Of a stretch of DNA of 64,000 nucleotides, positions 63,041 to 64,000 are shown one piece after another; positions within the stretch are counted from its first letter, which is position 1, and the number at the start of each line of letters is the position of its first letter. The notes beneath the pieces were generated by a model. It did not search any database, had not been told where the DNA came from, and was given only the letters and a program-made list of their open reading frames with translations. Origin of the DNA: Sphagnum compactum (lineage: Eukaryota). The stretch covers positions 2,728,001 through 2,792,000 of the forward strand of contig OZ234493.1 of the NCBI GenBank assembly GCA_965153455.1, read 5' to 3'. A program made the translations under genes and the position numbers.

Positions 63041-64000
63041 ATGACTCTTTGTTTGTTTGTTGTGAATGCCATCACTACTTTTACTTTCATTGGTGCCACC
63101 ATCAATCCCACTTATAAAGACAATTGTTGGGGTATTGATGGTCAATGTATCTTACACCAAAACAGAGTTAGACAAGGATTTTTTTGATCGAGGCCTACTG
63201 GTCAAATATGGTGGAGTGATTGAGGTGTGAGTTGAATGCAAGCCAAAATGGTTAGCATTGCAAATTGCAAGGACATTTATCACAAATTGTGAAACTTTTT
63301 AAAATGTTTTTAAATTATAATTTCTTTTGGATCCTATATTCTTAAATGTACAATATGCCATGAACATAAGGAGCATGGTATGGAAGATTAATGCATGTAC
63401 AATGCAAAGATAGGCAAAAATAAAACACACAAATGTTAAATACCCACATTGAATTGTGACCCGCCAATGAAAACAAGTTGTGAATTCCATTAACATCTAC
63501 AACAAATACCTTTTATGATTATGTGGAAAATTTTGGGGGCCAATATATCTAATTGCAAAGTACATTTGAAGAAGGGTAAAGAGTACACCCAAGCATTCAA
63601 TTAAATATGTAAACCCATGTAAAATTGTTGCAAGTCTTGACTTAACTTTTGAAATTTTGATCATGATGCAAGAACTAAAACAATTCAGTCAATGGTTTAA
63701 ATCTAAAATTCATCCTCACCAACATGTTTTGTACATGTAGTTGGAGTGTTTAAATGTGTCGGCTAGTAGTTCAATTATAACCTATTTGTGGATTGAATAA
63801 CTTTCAACCAATGTGCCCAAAGTGTGTATGAATGTGAGCATTGAAATAACTCCATGATGTGTGAAAGGCATTTTTATAAAGCATGGGAGTTGTACCTACA
63901 TATGTATCTCATCTAGGTAGCATCATTGGAGGATGATGGCATTTGAAGGGGGGAACACCATGGCATTAAAGCAAGATAGATAATGAATTGGCAAGTATAT

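Overview
AT-rich eukaryotic land-plant DNA with spliceosomal GT-AG introns. Gene and repeat style suggest a bryophyte, possibly a peat moss (inference, not verified). A central gene island (~22-54.6 kb) holds five intron-containing genes assembled by hand: a CER3/WAX2-type (CER1/CER3 family) wax-alkane gene (+, 11 exons, ~628 aa), a WD40 protein of the S. pombe C2A9.03/At1g78070-like family (+, 9 coding exons, ~430 aa), the SMC5/6 kleisin NSE4 (-, 7 exons, ~395 aa), an unrecognised Cys-rich protein head-to-head with NSE4 (+, 2 exons, ~550-570 aa), and the U2AF35-related minor-spliceosome factor ZRSR2/URP/RGH3 (-, 8 exons, ~572 aa). Both flanks are decayed DNA-transposon debris (hAT, PIF/Harbinger, possible CACTA, Helitrons, MITEs, tandem arrays). 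Most notable: (1) the ZRSR stop is TGA-CGG followed by a 38-codon in-frame, protein-like extension (readthrough or recent nonsense); (2) a 102-bp tandem duplication copies a ZRSR 5' splice site; (3) the CER3 protein carries CER1-type N-terminal motifs; (4) the WD40 gene has its family-like C-terminus out of frame and a possible recursive CAG|GTAAGC site; (5) the orphan zinc-ribbon gene shares a short divergent promoter with NSE4. No prokaryotic-type system, CRISPR array, rRNA or intact tRNA was found. All family assignments come from motif recall, not database searches.
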